Under the pieces are notes generated by a model, which was not told the DNA's origin, ran no database searches, and saw only the letters and a program-made list of their open reading frames with translations. Below, in pieces: positions 62,406 to 64,000 of a DNA stretch of 64,000 bases. Position 1 is the stretch's first letter. Each line of letters starts with the position of its first letter. The translations under genes and the position numbers were made by a program. This DNA is from Bacteroidota bacterium (GTDB lineage Bacteria; Bacteroidota; Bacteroidia; JADZBD01), in NCBI GenBank assembly GCA_040756415.1, contig JBFLYZ010000013.1, positions 3,768 to 67,767 on the forward strand, read 5' to 3'.

Positions 62406-64000
62406 GGCGCTTAATGATCTTTATTTCACCGGTGCTTCCGTCCATTTCCACTTCATCGCCCGTTCGGAGCGTTTTCAGTAGGCCGCTCACGCTTACGATA
62501 CAGGGTTTCCCCATTTCCCGCGAAACGATGGCCGAATGGCTGAGCAGGCTGCCCCGTTCAACGATAATGCCCGATGCGCTGGGGAAGAGGGTCACCCAGC
62601 CGGGATCGGTGCTCGAAGTGACCAGGATGTCCCCGTTCAGCGAGGCCACCTTGCCGGGATCGAGTATGACCTGCACTTTACCGCGTACCTTGCCCGGGCA
62701 GCAGCCAATGCCTTTCAGATCGCCTTTTATGTTCGCGGTTTTTTCGGTGCTAAAGAAATCATTGGCGAAGTAAACACTGCCGTAGGTGGCGAAGCGCTCG
62801 GAAGGCGGTGGCATTTGCCTGTATCGCTCGAACTCTTCCTTTCTTAAAGCGACCAGCGCGCGCAGGTTCTGTGTAACGCTTGTTCCTTCGATGAAAGAGA
62901 AGATCTCTTCTTTGGTCAGGTAAAAAATATCGCGCTCATGGTCGATGATACGATCGGTGGCGAAGCGTTTGCCGATGTGACTGAACAGCTCCCGCACGAT
63001 ACCGAATGCACGCGTTCGCTCGTAGCGCAGGTTCTCGCGCGAGCTGACCAGCTCGCGCGCCTTCCGGAGTATGCGCTTCAGTTTCCATTTTTTGAAGGGA
63101 CGGAAGCGCAGCGCGTCTTCCAGCTCCCGTTCGGCACTGGCGCGCAGCTCTTCCTCTATTTTCCCGGTGGTCTTATCCGTGGTGATGCCGCTTTCAACGT
63201 AAGCGCGCAGTACTTTAATGAAGAGGGAAGGGTCCTGTGTATAGGAGATGGTCTCCAGCTTCAGCTCGCCAATGCATCGCTCACCGAAATCAGCGATGTA
63301 GCGGTCTATTTCCTTTTTGAGCGCGGCAAACCGGTCGTTCAGTCCTTCGCCTAGTATTCTCCAGATGTCCTGCTCGTTATTCTCCCTGAACAGCTCGCGG
63401 AGCTCTGTGTCAGCCGTGATCGCAGTGGCCAGGGCTATGCTGCGGTGTATCGGCTGCGTGGAGATGATGTCGCTGCTGCCGCAGAGCAGGTCGTTGTGTA
63501 TGTTCGGGTTCCTGCTGATGCGGTATCTTTCACATGTTTTCTGCAGCAATCCGAACCATATCATGGTAAAGAAGTCGTTCAGCAGGGGCGCTTTCCACTC
63601 GTTCAGCAGCCTGCGCTCGAAGCCGAGGTAGAGCTTCATCAGCTCATCTGCGTTCTTCTGCTCGTAATCGATATGCTTATAAACGGTGATCGTTTCCTTG
63701 AACAGCCGCATGAACTGTTTCCTTTTGCGGGGCAATGACAGAAAGCGGAAGTACATGTTCACGGCTATTCGGATAATGCTCAGCCAGGCTTTGGCCTTCG
63801 ACAGGCGGTAGTCGTTCGGGATATCGAAACGCTCTTTCACGCCCATCATCTTTTCCATGAAGCGGGCATTGATGCTGTACCCGGGCAGCATGGCCAGCAT
63901 GTGGTACCAGGTCTTGAGATTATAATAGACCCTCCCGTTTATCAGCCCGAGCGTATTGGCAAACACCCGCCTGTTCTCCCGTATCACCCGCTGGCTTACG
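62398..64000 (-). CDS. PEP-utilising-enzyme swivel-domain phosphotransferase (PpsA/rifampicin-phosphotransferase-like), N-terminus outside the window
   Basis: The frame stays open through nt 64000 (...VSQRVIRENRR), so the 5' end is missing. The C-terminal ~90 aa are a mobile phosphohistidine domain (GDILVTSSTDPGWVTLFPSASGIIVERGSLLSHSAIVSREMGKPCIV), preceded by a ~400-aa helical domain. Confidence 0.8.
   Translation of the reverse strand, partial: VSQRVIRENRRVFANTLGLINGRVYYNLKTWYHMLAMLPGYSINARFMEKMMGVKERFDIPNDYRLSKAKAWLSIIRIAVNMYFRFLSLPRKRKQFMRLFKETITVYKHIDYEQKNADELMKLYLGFERRLLNEWKAPLLNDFFTMIWFGLLQKTCERYRISRNPNIHNDLLCGSSDIISTQPIHRSIALATAITADTELRELFRENNEQDIWRILGEGLNDRFAALKKEIDRYIADFGERCIGELKLETISYTQDPSLFIKVLRAYVESGITTDKTTGKIEEELRASAERELEDALRFRPFKKWKLKRILRKARELVSSRENLRYERTRAFGIVRELFSHIGKRFATDRIIDHERDIFYLTKEEIFSFIEGTSVTQNLRALVALRKEEFERYRQMPPPSERFATYGSVYFANDFFSTEKTANIKGDLKGIGCCPGKVRGKVQVILDPGKVASLNGDILVTSSTDPGWVTLFPSASGIIVERGSLLSHSAIVSREMGKPCIVSVSGLLKTLRTGDEVEMDGSTGEIKIIKRHG

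Overview
This window looks like a chromosomal segment from a Bacteroidota genome. The evidence is T9SS type A and type B C-terminal sorting domains, SprB repeats, a Bat aerotolerance operon, a Rho with an N-terminal insertion, and DUF4199/DUF5684-type membrane proteins. It is densely coded on both strands. I saw no rRNA, tRNA, CRISPR array, transposase or integrase. Housekeeping genes are lpdA, rho, truA, an Mpl-like Mur ligase, ridA, M28 and M61 peptidases, an MsbA-like ABC exporter and a MATE pump.

Four accessory blocks sit among them:
- 3.1-6.0 kb: five tandem, translationally coupled genes holding six copies of an unrecognised 4-TM membrane-protein module.
- 14-36 kb: three large adhesin-like T9SS type-B cargo genes. 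One is an ~11 kb gene for a ~3670-aa protein with about 39 SprB-type repeats, hierarchical repeat structure and near-identical 231-bp units.
- 43.9-51.2 kb: a seven-gene MoxR/DUF58/VWA Bat operon whose BatC carries a poly-Gln tract.
- 57.5-64.0 kb: a tightly overlapped six-gene operon running off the window edge. It encodes an acyl-AMP ligase, an SRPBCC protein, a GNAT, a polyprenol/phytol-kinase-like membrane protein, a DUF3419/BtaA-like protein and a PEP-utilising swivel-domain phosphotransferase. I read it as an uncharacterised lipid or isoprenoid modification pathway, and it is my best candidate for an undescribed system.

Other oddities:
- A secreted protein made of four GldN-like modules.
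- Two unrelated membrane sensors that both end exactly at the lead-in helix of a missing PP2C/SpoIIE domain.
- A 130-aa protein that is essentially only a signal peptide plus a type-B sorting domain.

All family assignments come from reading motifs in the translated ORFs; no searches were run.
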